Shown here piece by piece: positions 11,001-21,699 of a stretch of DNA of 64,000 bases (position 1 is its first letter; each line of letters starts with the position of its first letter). The notes beneath the pieces were generated by a model. The model was given only the letters and a program-made list of their open reading frames with translations, was not told where the DNA came from and ran no database searches. Location: the NCBI GenBank assembly GCA_964187785.1, contig OZ076414.1:63302001-63366000 (forward strand). Direction: 5' to 3'. This DNA is from Amphiscolops sp. MND2022 (Eukaryota). The position numbers and the translations under genes were made by a program.

Positions 11001-11849
11001 CTGCGTGAGTGCCAGGGTTCTTTGTTGGAGTTGTTGAAACACCTTGGGTCTTCAGCATATTCAAGTTCCCGTGTGGCCCGTTCTCTCAGCTGCTTGAGTG
11101 TGGATATGCTGCTGTGTGGAGATGCTGAGTACGTGGTAGAATTGTTCCAGGATCTGGTGAGTTGTTTACAGGATGCTAGCTTCCTGAGTGGCGTTGATCG
11201 AGAGGCATCTGTAAATGAATTCAAATCTCTGGTTGTGGATCTGCGTCGCCGGTCTTCTGATCCTGCCCAGGTTTGTGACGTGTTCGAGTTCCTGGAAGCT
11301 AGTGACATTTATCAATGTCGGGGTCATGTCAAGCAAGTGGTGCGCCTATTGCGAGTTATTGTGTGTCCTGGGCCAAGTGCTATGCCTCCTGTTGAGATTT
11401 CAAGTAGCGGAGTTGGTCTTCCTGTGTCTGTAATTCGTTCAGGGATCAGTGCGGTGCAGTCATTTGTTCTCCATCCCAAGTTTGTCTCAAATGATTTGCT
11501 GACCGTGGAGTGTTTGGCAGAGTTAAAGACTAATTTGCCTGTGGGGCATCAGTTCTTGTCGCGCACTTCCTTTGATCCTTTCATCGATATTAGTCGTCAT
11601 GCCTGGAGAGAAATTTTTGAAAGTTTGTTTCGCTGTTACACAGCTTATTACACTGGTCAAGTCGAGGGGTGGAGGTCCCGTATGGCTGATGGGCGATCAT
11701 CGCGTGGTTTGCAATCTGGGACCACGTCTGCTGCTGAAGCTGTTTCTGTAGCTGGAGTATCCGATGCATTGCAGGCCTCTACAAGTTCGTCGGCGCGGAA
11801 GAGGAAAACAGGGTCAAAAAAAGGGTCCCGTCAAGAGAAATCTTGTTGA
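8008..11849 (+). CDS. Antisense multi-exon cargo gene of element B: BED-like zinc finger + hAT-transposase-like body, ~1,125 aa predicted, with apparent frame lesion(s)
   Basis: Exons 8008-8356, 8437-8666, 8782-8985, 9105-9233 and 9384-11849 are joined by GT-AG introns of 80/115/119/150 nt, all phase 1. CSICKKDVSF...RHFKCKGH finger. Frame needs +1 nt at the C5 run 8634-8638, and either a lesion at ~10411 or a further intron 10370-10472. Confidence 0.7.
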
Positions 11850-12169
11850 AGACTGTTTGAAACTAAACAATGATGAATAGCTTTGATTTATTTTCTTTTG
11901 TTGTTTCTTTATTGTATACCCATTGTCCTGATGTTGTAGTGTTCCGCCAGTCGGTTCCGTTATTATAGAGAAAGAGAAGGAGAAAAAATTGTTATGCTCT
12001 GGTAGTATGGAGCAAAAGAGAAAAAATTGAGGTAGCTCGGTGTTCCTCTGGGTTATTCAATTTAGTATTTAGCCTCTGTATCGTTTTCATCCAAGTCGTA
12101 GAGTGAAAGAGTGATAAGCCATTGTAGGTTGAGGAGATTTGAGATTCAGTTGTAGATCGGCCATCCAGG

Positions 12170-15100
12170 TTAGAGCCTGGGGCCACATTGATTTTCTGAT
12201 CTTGGGCCCCCGTCTGGGCCGAGGTCTGCTAGGATCTGTATTTCTGGGCCGTCGCTCAGGCCTTCGTTTTGAATTGCGGGATTTTCGGAGTTTATTTCTA
12301 CTGCATTATAGTATGCGAAATCTGGTTTCCAATTTGAAGCTGGGTTTCGTCGGAGATTGTAATGGGATTTTCGGGGGGATTTAGGAACGGGTGGACAATC
12401 TTCGGGTTCATCTTCGGTGTCTAGGTCTGGGTCATCTGTCTGGGTTTCCGGGTGGTTATTACTGCTTCCAGGTGCATGCTCTGGGTCGGGGTTCGAAGGG
12501 CTGGGGTATATTGGGTCAGTATCTGGTTCCTGAGCTTGGGGTATTACTTTGGGTTCGGGTGGTTGACTATTTGTGGGGTGGGTAGGGTGTTCTTGGTGAA
12601 GTTCCTGCCAAGCCATTGCGAAAAGGTCATCGTGCTGTATAGGCACTTCGGTGTCCTGCTGGAAATCTTGAGGCGCAACTGAGATGTCAGGCAGTTTGTG
12701 GCTGCTTGCGAATGGCCGTAGTCTGATTCTGTGCAGGATTTGGGTGAGGTTCGTTTGGAGTTTTCGGATTAAATAGTTATTATTGGGTAGGGTTTTGACC
12801 ACGATATATGGTCCCGTCCAAAGGTATTCCCGAAACGGCAGTTTTGTCGCTTGGCTATGCGCCTTTGGATGCAATGCATAGCAGTAGTCGTTTACTACCA
12901 GTGGGTTTGCTGATGCCTTTCTGTCATAATAGCGTTTATGACGGACATAGGCTTGCATCAGAGCTTGCTGGCTTTGGTTGAGGATCTGTTGTGTTTGTTG
13001 TAACACTTCCTCGGCTATCTCGTGGTTGATTGGGGTAGGGGGCTGCGGCTTGAGTCCATATTTCAGGTCGAGTACATTGTAGGGCACTCTTCCGTGAAAC
13101 ACTCTGCTGGGTTCGCATCCTAGTGATGTGTGGTATGAGGTATTGTAATTCAATACCGCCATCGGTAAGAATTGATGCCACATCGTGCGCCGTTCCCCTG
13201 TCATTATTTTGAGGCTTTCCTTCAGGGAGGCGTGAGTCCTCTCCAGGATGCCGATTGTCTGAGCGTGTTTCGTGGTGGCGTGTTTCAGTTGGATTCCCAG
13301 TGCAGCGGTGGTTTGTTGCATCGCTTCTGATATGAATTGGGATCCCTTGTCCGTTATGATTGTTGTGGGTAAATAGCAATGTCTGGTGATGATGTCCATT
13401 AGGACTCTGGTGACCGTTCTGGTGTCGATTCTAGCGACACTGTAGGCGAATAGGTACCTGGAGAAGACATCCATTGCTGTGATGACTGCGGTGTAACCTC
13501 CTGATGGGTCGTCGAAGGGGACTATGTCCATCTGGAGTGCGTCTTCGGGTCCCATTGCTATTTTTGACATGTCGATTAGTGGTGGTGTGATGGTGCTATT
13601 GGGTGTCCGCTTTGTTTGGGCGCATTCCATACACTGTGAGATATGGTTGGCTATCCGGGCGGCAAGTCCTGGGTAGTAGTATTTCTCGCGGCATTGTTGA
13701 ATGGTTTTGGCTATGCCCGGATGTCTTCCATATTTGCCATGATGGTGGTGTATGAATTCATTGACCAGTTGTTGGGGGAGCAGCACTTGTAAATATTTGA
13801 CCTTCCCCGTATCCCCAAAATATTGTCTATACAAGAGGCCGTCTTTGATGATGATCCTATCTTCTTGGGCTAGGTACTTCGCTGCTCTGGGGTCGTCATT
13901 GAGGAGTTGGGTGTCGTACGGCTCCTTCAATATTTTGAGCTTGAGATTTCTGAGGACAGGGTCCTGGTCCTGGTGTGGTCTGAGGCTGCGTGGAAAACTG
14001 TTTTCGTTGTACAGCTGGCGCCTTTGTTTCTGTTCCGGGTCTTGGATGCTGTTGCAGACCAGGGGTAGATTCTCCGTTTGGGGTTTTGGTTCAGTCGTAT
14101 CAGTTTGAGTATCAGTTGGTTGTTCTTGGGGGTTATAGATTTTCTTTCGGGCACTCTGTTTGCGTTCCCAGATGTCTTCCTCAGTTTCGGAATCGTCTTC
14201 TGGCAAGAAGTAAAATTGGTCCTCCTCATGTATATCTGAGGACTGGATGTTCACTTGGATGGGTGTTGTCTGGATATCTTCTCTGATTTGGAGAAGGACT
14301 TTTTCTTTGGGACTGATGTCCAATCGGGAGAGGAAGTCTGCCGCCGTGTTCATCCTTCCGGGCACATGGGCGATTTTGAAATGGAATTGAAGCACGAAAT
14401 CACAAGCGTTCCACAGGGAGGGTGGAATCATTTTGGTTTGAAAAAACCTTGTGACTGATTTATTGTCTGTTAGGACGATGGTTGGCTTAGAGGAACCCCA
14501 CAAGATGTGACTATACTCCATGAAGGCGAAATAGATGGCTAAAAACTCCTTGGCATAAATTGACAATTTCAATTGTGACGGAGAGAAAGTTTTAGATCCA
14601 AATGCCACAGGAGCATAGGTTTTCTTGGTGGAGGTGAGTTTCTGTTCTGGGTCCTCTTCGGTCATTAAGGCGTATCCTGCGTTCTTGAAATTGGCGTCAG
14701 TCATCAGGACATTTTGCCGGTTTGGCAGCGGCTGTTTGAGGTAGAGCCCGCACGCGTTGTCTAAGGACTTGTTGATGGCCTCAAAGTTTGCTATGAGCTC
14801 TTGGTCGATTTTGGCAGGCTTGTCAGATTTGATGAGTTCGTGGAAAGGTGCAATCTTCTCGGATAATCGAGGAATGTAATTTCTGTAATAGTTCACAAAT
14901 CCGATATATCGTTGAAGTCCTTTCTTCGTTCGGGGGAACTTGAGTGTTTGCAGATATTTCTGTATCTTGTGGCTCTGGGGTGCTACGCCTGATGGGGAGA
15001 TCGTCCGCCCAAGGAATTCGACTTCCTTGGCGCCGAACTGACATTTCGCCATTGTGAGCCGGAGTCCTGCAGCGCGGATGCATTGGAAGACCTCTCTCAA

Positions 15101-17752
15101 ATTGTTTTTCAACTCTTCAGGAGTGTTTGTGGCGATTCCAATGTCGTCCACGTATTGGGCGCATTTATCCGCCTTTATGGCTTTGTCCAGATACTCCCTC
15201 ATGAAGCTTGAGAAGGATGACAATGAGCGGCTCAGTCCCTGGGCTAGCCTGAGGTACGCGAACGTCCTGCTGGCGAAGTTGAAAGCTAGGAGTTGGACTG
15301 ACTTCTGGTCTGCCATCTGCAGTACGTGGTAAGCTTGTGAGCAATCAAGCTTACAAAACAACTTCTTGCCGGCGAGGTGTTGTGCCGCGTCCGTGAGGGT
15401 GCTGACCGGATGATTGTTATTGATGTACTCATCGGAAATCAGGTTCTTGATCTTTCTGAGATCTACTAGGAGCCGTAGGCGGCCGTTCGGTTTTCGTTGA
15501 GCGAAAATTGGGCTAGCGTACTTGCTGAACGGGAGGGTTGTTATAATCCCGAAATAATGCATTAATGCCAGTTCCACTGTCAAGTCCTCTTTCAAGTTAA
15601 TGGGGCAAGGCAGGCTTTGCGAGTAGACTGGGTCGTCTGTTTTTGGCGTGAGCTTGATTTTAAAGTCGTGGTTGATTCCGATGTCTAGTCGGTGCCTCGC
15701 GAAAATGTCATTGAACTCTATCAAGATTTCCTCAATGTCTTTTTGGTCATTTTCTGTTAATTGGGAATCATCCCATTTAAAGTTTTTGAGGAATGCCTCT
15801 CGGTCTTCAGCATTGTTATTGGGGTCCAGTTTCTGGATCTCTTCCAGTTCCTTGATTTCCCTCAGTATTCTGCTTTGAATCGGCGTGTGGGTACTAGGGT
15901 CGCCAGGATTGTCTGGTGTGGGGAACCAAAAGTTTTGACTCTGGGAAGGTTGGTCCGAAGTTTTCAGGAGTTCGTTGATGTATAGTATCGCATCTTCTGA
16001 GTCATCCTCCGTGAGTACTTTTAGTGCTGCGGTGTTGAGCGGTTTGAGCTCTTTGGCTTCTTCGGGCGACATAATTTTGAATTCAGCAACCGTCGTGTTC
16101 TTTTTTATTGTGTAGGGTGTGGGGGTAGTGTTGGTCACCCTTACCTCAATTTTCCTGTTGGAGGCTGTAGATATTGAGCTGGCTACTACTAGGGGGTCAC
16201 CGCTACAATGGTTGGTAGCTGGGTTGATGACACCGGTTGTGCCGATGGTAGACGTTATGTCTGTGTAGGCGGTGATTGTCTGGGTTGTTTCAGGAGGAAG
16301 GGTGATTGGATTCTTTACTTGTACCTTGTACATCTTTCGGTTGCGGGTGTACTCGTCGGTTTCAATTGAGTACGTTAGATGGGGGAAGTGGAGTAGGCCT
16401 TGGCTTACATCCAGAATGGCGCTGTTGTTTTTCAGGAATGTGAGACCAAGTATTGGGCCTGTTAGTCGTTTTGCAACGATGAACGTCTCTTTGAAATTCC
16501 AGTCCCCTATTTCAAATTGGAGGATTATTGTTTTGGTGGGGGCTTCAATGTCGCCGTTTGCGACTTGGAGTTTGAACGGGGGTGGTTCCATTTCTTTGAC
16601 TATGTCCTTGGGGGACATCTGAAGGATTTTGTTATAGTCGGTTTCGGAGATGCAGTTGACCAGCGCTCCAGAGTCAATGAGGGCGTCCAGGGTGAGGTCC
16701 TGGAAGTCCATTGGGGCGAATAGCATCTTCTTCTTTTTCTTAAGAGTCACCGCTGAGAAGATTGGGATGCATTCCTCTTTGGTGATTGGGTCTCTTGTGA
16801 GATATTCTGCAATCTGCGCCAGGGGGTAGGACTGGGGTTCGTCCTGGGTTGGTGTGTCGTTTACAGCACCTGAGGGTGATGCAGATTGCATGTTGGTTTC
16901 GTCAGTCGTAATGGGTCGAGGGTCCTCGACTTCATTTGCGGACTGACTTCTTGGGGAGGAGAGTGAGGACGACGCCTCGTTGTAGGAGAGAGGCTCTAGG
17001 AGTAGAGACCTTTTTATTCTCCTTGTTTGCGGTGTGGAGATTGTTATCTCCGTGTTGGTTGTGGTTTGGGTCAGGTCCACGGCTTCAGTCGTGGTCCTGC
17101 CGGTGAGATTTTCATGTTGGTGGCAGTCGGGTGCCACGTCCATTGTTGGGGATCGTATTCTTCCGGCTCTGATTAGGTTAACTGGTTGGTTTTTTGGTGG
17201 CGATTGTGGAGCCGTTGTTTGTGATCCGTGATCTTTGAGTATGGACTTGGGTTTGTTAGTCGACTCGTCGACTATTATTTCTGTCACTTGTTCCGCGTCC
17301 TGGTCGTATTCTGGGACTGGTTGGACGGTCTTCGGTCTGTGACGTGGTTCTGTCGAGATATTCATCCCAGTTTTCTTGATAAATTCCTCAAATGGCGTAC
17401 ACTCTTGTTGTTTAAAGGTTAGAGTCAATTGGTCGTAGATTTTGGGATTGTAGTAGGGGTCGCAGTTGTAGTCAGGGTCATGTATGTAGGTTTCAGGGGC
17501 AGTACTTTCGGGTAGTGGTCGTTTTGGGTTACTGTAGTCGGTTGGGTTGTCAAGGTACCATTGGGGGTAGTCCTTTTTAGTCATGTTTTGTCTATTTTGT
17601 TTGTTGAGCTTGTGAATCTGCCATCTTCGCTGCCAGTCGAGAGATGGTTCTTCATGTCGCTCGTCATTTTCTTCGTGGTCGTAGGTATTTGGGGGTTCTG
17701 ATGTTGTGAAATGTCGGGTTTCGACAATCTCCCCAAACTGAAGATGTGGCAA
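12170..17752 (-). CDS. pol: Element B Pol polyprotein (N-terminal extension, protease, RT, RNase H, integrase), 1860 aa open frame, expressed by -1 frameshift
   Basis: LIDSGA protease; QYVDDIGI RT; LMTDANF...ELLA-type RNase H region; HH...CMEC zinc finger; QMDIVP / ITDKG / ILERTH integrase DDE; WTGPYIV GPY/F motif. Confidence 0.96.
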   Translation of the reverse strand: MPHLQFGEIVETRHFTTSEPPNTYDHEENDERHEEPSLDWQRRWQIHKLNKQNRQNMTKKDYPQWYLDNPTDYSNPKRPLPESTAPETYIHDPDYNCDPYYNPKIYDQLTLTFKQQECTPFEEFIKKTGMNISTEPRHRPKTVQPVPEYDQDAEQVTEIIVDESTNKPKSILKDHGSQTTAPQSPPKNQPVNLIRAGRIRSPTMDVAPDCHQHENLTGRTTTEAVDLTQTTTNTEITISTPQTRRIKRSLLLEPLSYNEASSSLSSPRSQSANEVEDPRPITTDETNMQSASPSGAVNDTPTQDEPQSYPLAQIAEYLTRDPITKEECIPIFSAVTLKKKKKMLFAPMDFQDLTLDALIDSGALVNCISETDYNKILQMSPKDIVKEMEPPPFKLQVANGDIEAPTKTIILQFEIGDWNFKETFIVAKRLTGPILGLTFLKNNSAILDVSQGLLHFPHLTYSIETDEYTRNRKMYKVQVKNPITLPPETTQTITAYTDITSTIGTTGVINPATNHCSGDPLVVASSISTASNRKIEVRVTNTTPTPYTIKKNTTVAEFKIMSPEEAKELKPLNTAALKVLTEDDSEDAILYINELLKTSDQPSQSQNFWFPTPDNPGDPSTHTPIQSRILREIKELEEIQKLDPNNNAEDREAFLKNFKWDDSQLTENDQKDIEEILIEFNDIFARHRLDIGINHDFKIKLTPKTDDPVYSQSLPCPINLKEDLTVELALMHYFGIITTLPFSKYASPIFAQRKPNGRLRLLVDLRKIKNLISDEYINNNHPVSTLTDAAQHLAGKKLFCKLDCSQAYHVLQMADQKSVQLLAFNFASRTFAYLRLAQGLSRSLSSFSSFMREYLDKAIKADKCAQYVDDIGIATNTPEELKNNLREVFQCIRAAGLRLTMAKCQFGAKEVEFLGRTISPSGVAPQSHKIQKYLQTLKFPRTKKGLQRYIGFVNYYRNYIPRLSEKIAPFHELIKSDKPAKIDQELIANFEAINKSLDNACGLYLKQPLPNRQNVLMTDANFKNAGYALMTEEDPEQKLTSTKKTYAPVAFGSKTFSPSQLKLSIYAKEFLAIYFAFMEYSHILWGSSKPTIVLTDNKSVTRFFQTKMIPPSLWNACDFVLQFHFKIAHVPGRMNTAADFLSRLDISPKEKVLLQIREDIQTTPIQVNIQSSDIHEEDQFYFLPEDDSETEEDIWERKQSARKKIYNPQEQPTDTQTDTTEPKPQTENLPLVCNSIQDPEQKQRRQLYNENSFPRSLRPHQDQDPVLRNLKLKILKEPYDTQLLNDDPRAAKYLAQEDRIIIKDGLLYRQYFGDTGKVKYLQVLLPQQLVNEFIHHHHGKYGRHPGIAKTIQQCREKYYYPGLAARIANHISQCMECAQTKRTPNSTITPPLIDMSKIAMGPEDALQMDIVPFDDPSGGYTAVITAMDVFSRYLFAYSVARIDTRTVTRVLMDIITRHCYLPTTIITDKGSQFISEAMQQTTAALGIQLKHATTKHAQTIGILERTHASLKESLKIMTGERRTMWHQFLPMAVLNYNTSYHTSLGCEPSRVFHGRVPYNVLDLKYGLKPQPPTPINHEIAEEVLQQTQQILNQSQQALMQAYVRHKRYYDRKASANPLVVNDYCYALHPKAHSQATKLPFREYLWTGPYIVVKTLPNNNYLIRKLQTNLTQILHRIRLRPFASSHKLPDISVAPQDFQQDTEVPIQHDDLFAMAWQELHQEHPTHPTNSQPPEPKVIPQAQEPDTDPIYPSPSNPDPEHAPGSSNNHPETQTDDPDLDTEDEPEDCPPVPKSPRKSHYNLRRNPASNWKPDFAYYNAVEINSENPAIQNEGLSDGPEIQILADLGPDGGPRSENQCGPRL

Positions 17753-17754
17753 AG

Positions 17755-17764
17755 TTAGTTTTTT
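17755..17764 (-). other. -1 ribosomal frameshift slippery site A AAA AAC immediately before gag stop TAA
   Basis: Minus strand CAG TCA AAA AAC TAA; the -1 frame reads KKLTLPHLQ into pol. The same heptamer-stop is in element A (543-534, 1963-1954). Confidence 0.85.
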
Positions 17765-19317
17765 GACTGGGTTTGGTTTTGAGGTTGAGTTTGAGGTTGG
17801 GTAGTCACTTGCCTTGGAGGTATGAATCCCATGTGGTCAGTTGTCTGGTTGTGGTACTGGGTTTGGGTTTGGGGTTGGGTTGTCATTGAAAGGGGAGGTA
17901 GGTAGCCCATTTGGCTGGTTGTTTGATTTTGATATGGCGGTTGGGTCACTGGTAGATTGGTTTTGGCATACTGACCTTGTGACTGTGGTGGTAGCGGTAT
18001 GCTGTTTGAGGACGTAGCCTTGGGGGTTTTCCACCATTGTGGTCGATTTGCCCAGTTGGCGCCTGAGTAGCATTCTTCAGTTGTGTGGCTTTTCTTGCCA
18101 CAAGTTTCGCATGGGTTAACTATTTTGTTGGGCACTCTGTTACCCCGATTGCGAGCTTCGCGGGCTACTTTTCTGCAATTTTTGACAACATGGCCGGATT
18201 GCCCACATCCGTAGCATGGTCCTGATGGTTTGGGGGGATTCGGAGCTTGTTGTGGGTCTTGCACGTCAATTTGGTGCACTCCTGTTATGTTGCTCTCGTT
18301 TGGTGCCAACAGTTCGTTTAGCTCCATCTCTCTTTCTAGGTGTTCGACCATCATTTCGTACGATTCAGTTTCTAACCTTGCCTGGTTTAGCACTCGTTTT
18401 AGGTGGGTCGGCATTTTGGCGTAGAAGGAGGTCTCAATGAACTTGGGGGCGTCATCTCCGTATGCTTCTTGGGCCAGTTTTTGATACTGCTCCAAGAAAT
18501 CTTGGAAAGTTTGTTGGGATGGGTCAAAATAGAGCTGATTCCATTTGCAGCGGGCTGTTGCGATAGATTGGGGGCGGACATATCGTCGTCTGAAGGTTGC
18601 TATGATGTCCTCCAGGCTGGCACGGTTTGTGTCAGTCATGTTGCGGTAGGTCTGCAGGGCGTCATCCCTGAGTAAGGAATGGAAATAGTGTATTTTCTCT
18701 TCTTCGGATATGTTGGGATACACTTTGAGGCTAGTCATAAAAAGGTCTTCGAAGTGTTCAAACTTGTCGTTTTTACCTTTGAAAGTAGGCATTGTTGTTG
18801 ACATCGCTTTTGGCAGTCTAGGGAGCCCGATATTTTGTTGGGTTACATTCTGTAGCGATTCTAGTAGCTTTTCCACTATGTGGTCCGGGTATTTCTGGTT
18901 GGGGGGCGGTAGGCTTGATGATCGGGGCGGCACTTCTGCTTGAGGGAACACTCCTGTCACCATGTGTTGACCCTGCGATGGGTGCAACTCGTTCAGTATG
19001 GATGGCCTTGATGTTGAGGCTTGATTTTCGGTCTCGTCGGAATCTAAGGCGAGGTTTTCACAATTGGGTGGTTGGCCGGACAGTGAGTCTATTTTCGAGG
19101 ATAAGTTCTCGATCATTTTCAAAATCTCTCTCTGCCCAACTTCGGCATCTCTTATTCTTCTAGTCACTGACTTTTCAATTTTCTCAGATAACTCAGAGAA
19201 GTCTCGGTCGGAAATACTGGGAACGTTTTCAGTTCTCAAACTAGTTGCTTCTGACTCGCCTATCGAACTAGTCACTGAATCTCTCCTGGCCTTTCTTTTG
19301 GAGGATCTTTCAGGCAT
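17755..19317 (-). CDS. gag: Element B Gag, 520 aa, two CCHC knuckles; first 118 codons encoded inside the 5' LTR
   Basis: CYGCGQSGHVVKNC and CETCGKKSHTTEEC knuckles; the same N-terminus is duplicated in the 3' LTR (5035-5394). Confidence 0.93.
   Translation of the reverse strand: MPERSSKRKARRDSVTSSIGESEATSLRTENVPSISDRDFSELSEKIEKSVTRRIRDAEVGQREILKMIENLSSKIDSLSGQPPNCENLALDSDETENQASTSRPSILNELHPSQGQHMVTGVFPQAEVPPRSSSLPPPNQKYPDHIVEKLLESLQNVTQQNIGLPRLPKAMSTTMPTFKGKNDKFEHFEDLFMTSLKVYPNISEEEKIHYFHSLLRDDALQTYRNMTDTNRASLEDIIATFRRRYVRPQSIATARCKWNQLYFDPSQQTFQDFLEQYQKLAQEAYGDDAPKFIETSFYAKMPTHLKRVLNQARLETESYEMMVEHLEREMELNELLAPNESNITGVHQIDVQDPQQAPNPPKPSGPCYGCGQSGHVVKNCRKVAREARNRGNRVPNKIVNPCETCGKKSHTTEECYSGANWANRPQWWKTPKATSSNSIPLPPQSQGQYAKTNLPVTQPPYQNQTTSQMGYLPPLSMTTQPQTQTQYHNQTTDHMGFIPPRQVTTQPQTQPQNQTQSKN
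18949..18962 (-). other. Primer-binding site of element B (TGGTGACAGGAGTG), resembles tRNA-Leu-type PBS
   Basis: Directly abuts the LTR-terminal CA at 18963. tRNA identity is inferred from similarity to TGGTGTCAGGAGTG and was not verified. Confidence 0.85.
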
Positions 19318-21170
19318 TTTTCGGGTTTAAGGTTTATAAGCTTGAGGCTATCCAACGGGAATCTGAGGGAAAAGATTGAGATTTTTTTAATCTTCAATTG
19401 TATTTTCAAAGTGAAGAGTAAAGTTGTTTTACAACGAATGATTATCGAATTTCAAGATTCTAACAAAATTGTCAAATTATCAACTTGTTGAAATTATCAA
19501 GATTATTTTCTCACTGGAATTATTCAATCTTCCAAAGTATATATACTTTTCACCCACGTGAAGCGGGGAAAAATCCGCACCACTTTCACGCTTCGTTCAG
19601 CCCGGCGTCCCTCCAAGGCGGGGAAACAGGAAGTTCAGTTCCGCTTTGTCGAACTCAGACTCTCAGTTTGTTCATGCTTTCCGAGGAAAGCAAGCGTCCA
19701 CTTCCTGTCTGAGTTGCGACTCCGCTTCCCTTCGCCTCCAATCCCCGCCTTTTCAAGACGCCGAAACTGAACAAAGTGTGAAAAAATTAGTCACTGCGCA
19801 CGCCCAAAGAGCGAAATGATCGAACAAAGCAACAAATTGGAAATTGGGAAAATGAGAATTTCCCGAATTAATTTGGTTCAAATATTGCACGGCGAAATGA
19901 TTATTTAATAAGAAATACAAATTAGCTCATAAAGTTCACTCATGAGAGCTTAAAATCACAAATTCGAGTATAAATGGGAAAGTTCGGTCCCAGGCTAAAG
20001 TCTGGAACGGTTGAGGCAAAATGAAATGATTTCCTGAAAAATAATGATTAATTATATCAACAACAAACAATTCAGTGATTAGCATCAACTCGAAAATACG
20101 GTTCGAGTCTCTTCCCAATCTAGTTGAGTGGAAATTGACTCTAAACAAGGCAACACAACTCATTTATGGAGATTAAAACAAGCTAAATCGAACATTCAAT
20201 CCCAGGCCAAGGTCTGGGCCGAGGCTTGGCATTCTCAAATTAAATACTGCATTTACATGGTTAAAATCATCATACATTGCATGCAATCAATCAATACCGC
20301 TTACTGTTGTATGCGTTGCGTCACTGCTCTCTCGTGAGAGCGGAGAAATGGTTAGGGAGGGTCGATATTTCCAATTCCAGGATGGATTTGGTCAGAATAG
20401 ATTTCAGGCCGTGTCTCAGGCCGCGGTCTACTTCGTATAGCACTTGAACATGGTTTATCTGTAAAAATAGCATCATACTTCATTCTTTGTCTCCAGGCAT
20501 CATTTGAGATTGCAGGCATTGATTGGTAGGCTCATTAGGAGCAGAAAAAATCACTATTAACATTAACAATTTCCATTTCTACAATGGATTTTATAGATTT
20601 ACATTTCAGGCCATGTCCTGGGCCGCAGTATATCGGTATTTCAAAGTTAGCTCCAATACTTGTTTATATGGACAATTACATGTATAACGTTATTCTAATA
20701 CTCGTTTAACGCATCAACAGGTTTACATGTACTCACAAAATAGCATAATTGGTGTTAGAGATTGATTCGTAGCACTTTCATTCTCAGGCCACTCGCCAGG
20801 CCACCGCTTCACTGCGCAAATCTCAGGCCGGCTGCCAGGCCGCAGTTCCGCCATTATTCATTCAGGCCGCTTACTGAGCGGTGTGATTGTATTACTATTA
20901 ATTATATAGCACCGTATTAATACTATTAACTGCACAAGTAGCTTTATCCCGGTTAGTATACTGTATGTAAGTATATATAACTACATAAATATTAATATAT
21001 AATTTCTTCTAATTATTATATTATTTAGCGCCATTATTTCAGGTTGTATGGATTAAACTGATTGTTTTCTGGTTTTCTGTTTTCATTTCTCCTTTTCCAT
21101 TTCCTAATTTATTCTTCGAAGACTGGGTTGATTCTGCTGCAACACTCACAGCTCAAGTGGGGCTGTGACA
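18963..21170 (-). repeat. 5' LTR of element B (TATA box TATATATA at 19538-19545)
   Basis: Pair of 5040-7247; TATA context AAAAG-TATA matches the related LTR D. Confidence 0.95.
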
Positions 21171-21699
21171 TCATACAGAAACATTTTAGGATTTTTAATA
21201 AAAATATTTTGAAGGTAGGGGTGGCAGAAAAGAGCCAAAAACAACATTGATTATAATAACAAAGTCCATCAAAATTGGCAAGGAGGCTCCCGTGGGCATT
21301 GAATTGAAAAATCCTCACTACCTGCATTTACCATTTTTTAATGAAACTGCAAGAAATGCGCTCACGTACTGCCGTGGTTCTGACTCGCTTCCTTTCGTCT
21401 TTTCCCCACGCGGCGTTCAAATGTCGTCTTTTTGCAAGAATTTCTGCATCGGCAGGTACTTGGATAACATGATTCAGCTGTAAGCAAAAGTTGCCTTGAA
21501 CGAAATTTTAACTTTGTGACTTTTGCTTTTGTGATAACCCGACCTCAGATATAGGGGGTTCATTACAAAACGTTAACTCAAGGTAACAACAAGCATGTCA
21601 GTCACAAACCCTTCTGCAGATTAACAGGAAACATCTCAAATAAGGACAGGAGGATCTGAATCGGATTTTTCTATAGGTGTTCACGCATAAGAAGAAGAA

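Larger units (their letters stand above)
5040..21170 (-). mobile_element. Element B: full-length young Ty3/Gypsy LTR retrotransposon, 16,131 bp
   Basis: Two 2208-bp LTRs at constant offset 13,923 (TG...CA on minus strand), 5-bp TSD TCATA at 5035-5039 and 21171-21175, PBS, open gag and pol in PR-RT-RH-IN order. Confidence 0.97.

Noticed and set aside
12139-18943. Many 60-120 aa plus-strand ORFs opposite gag and pol of element B
   Set aside because: Shadow frames of a long coding sequence; mostly non-ATG starts and no recognisable motifs.
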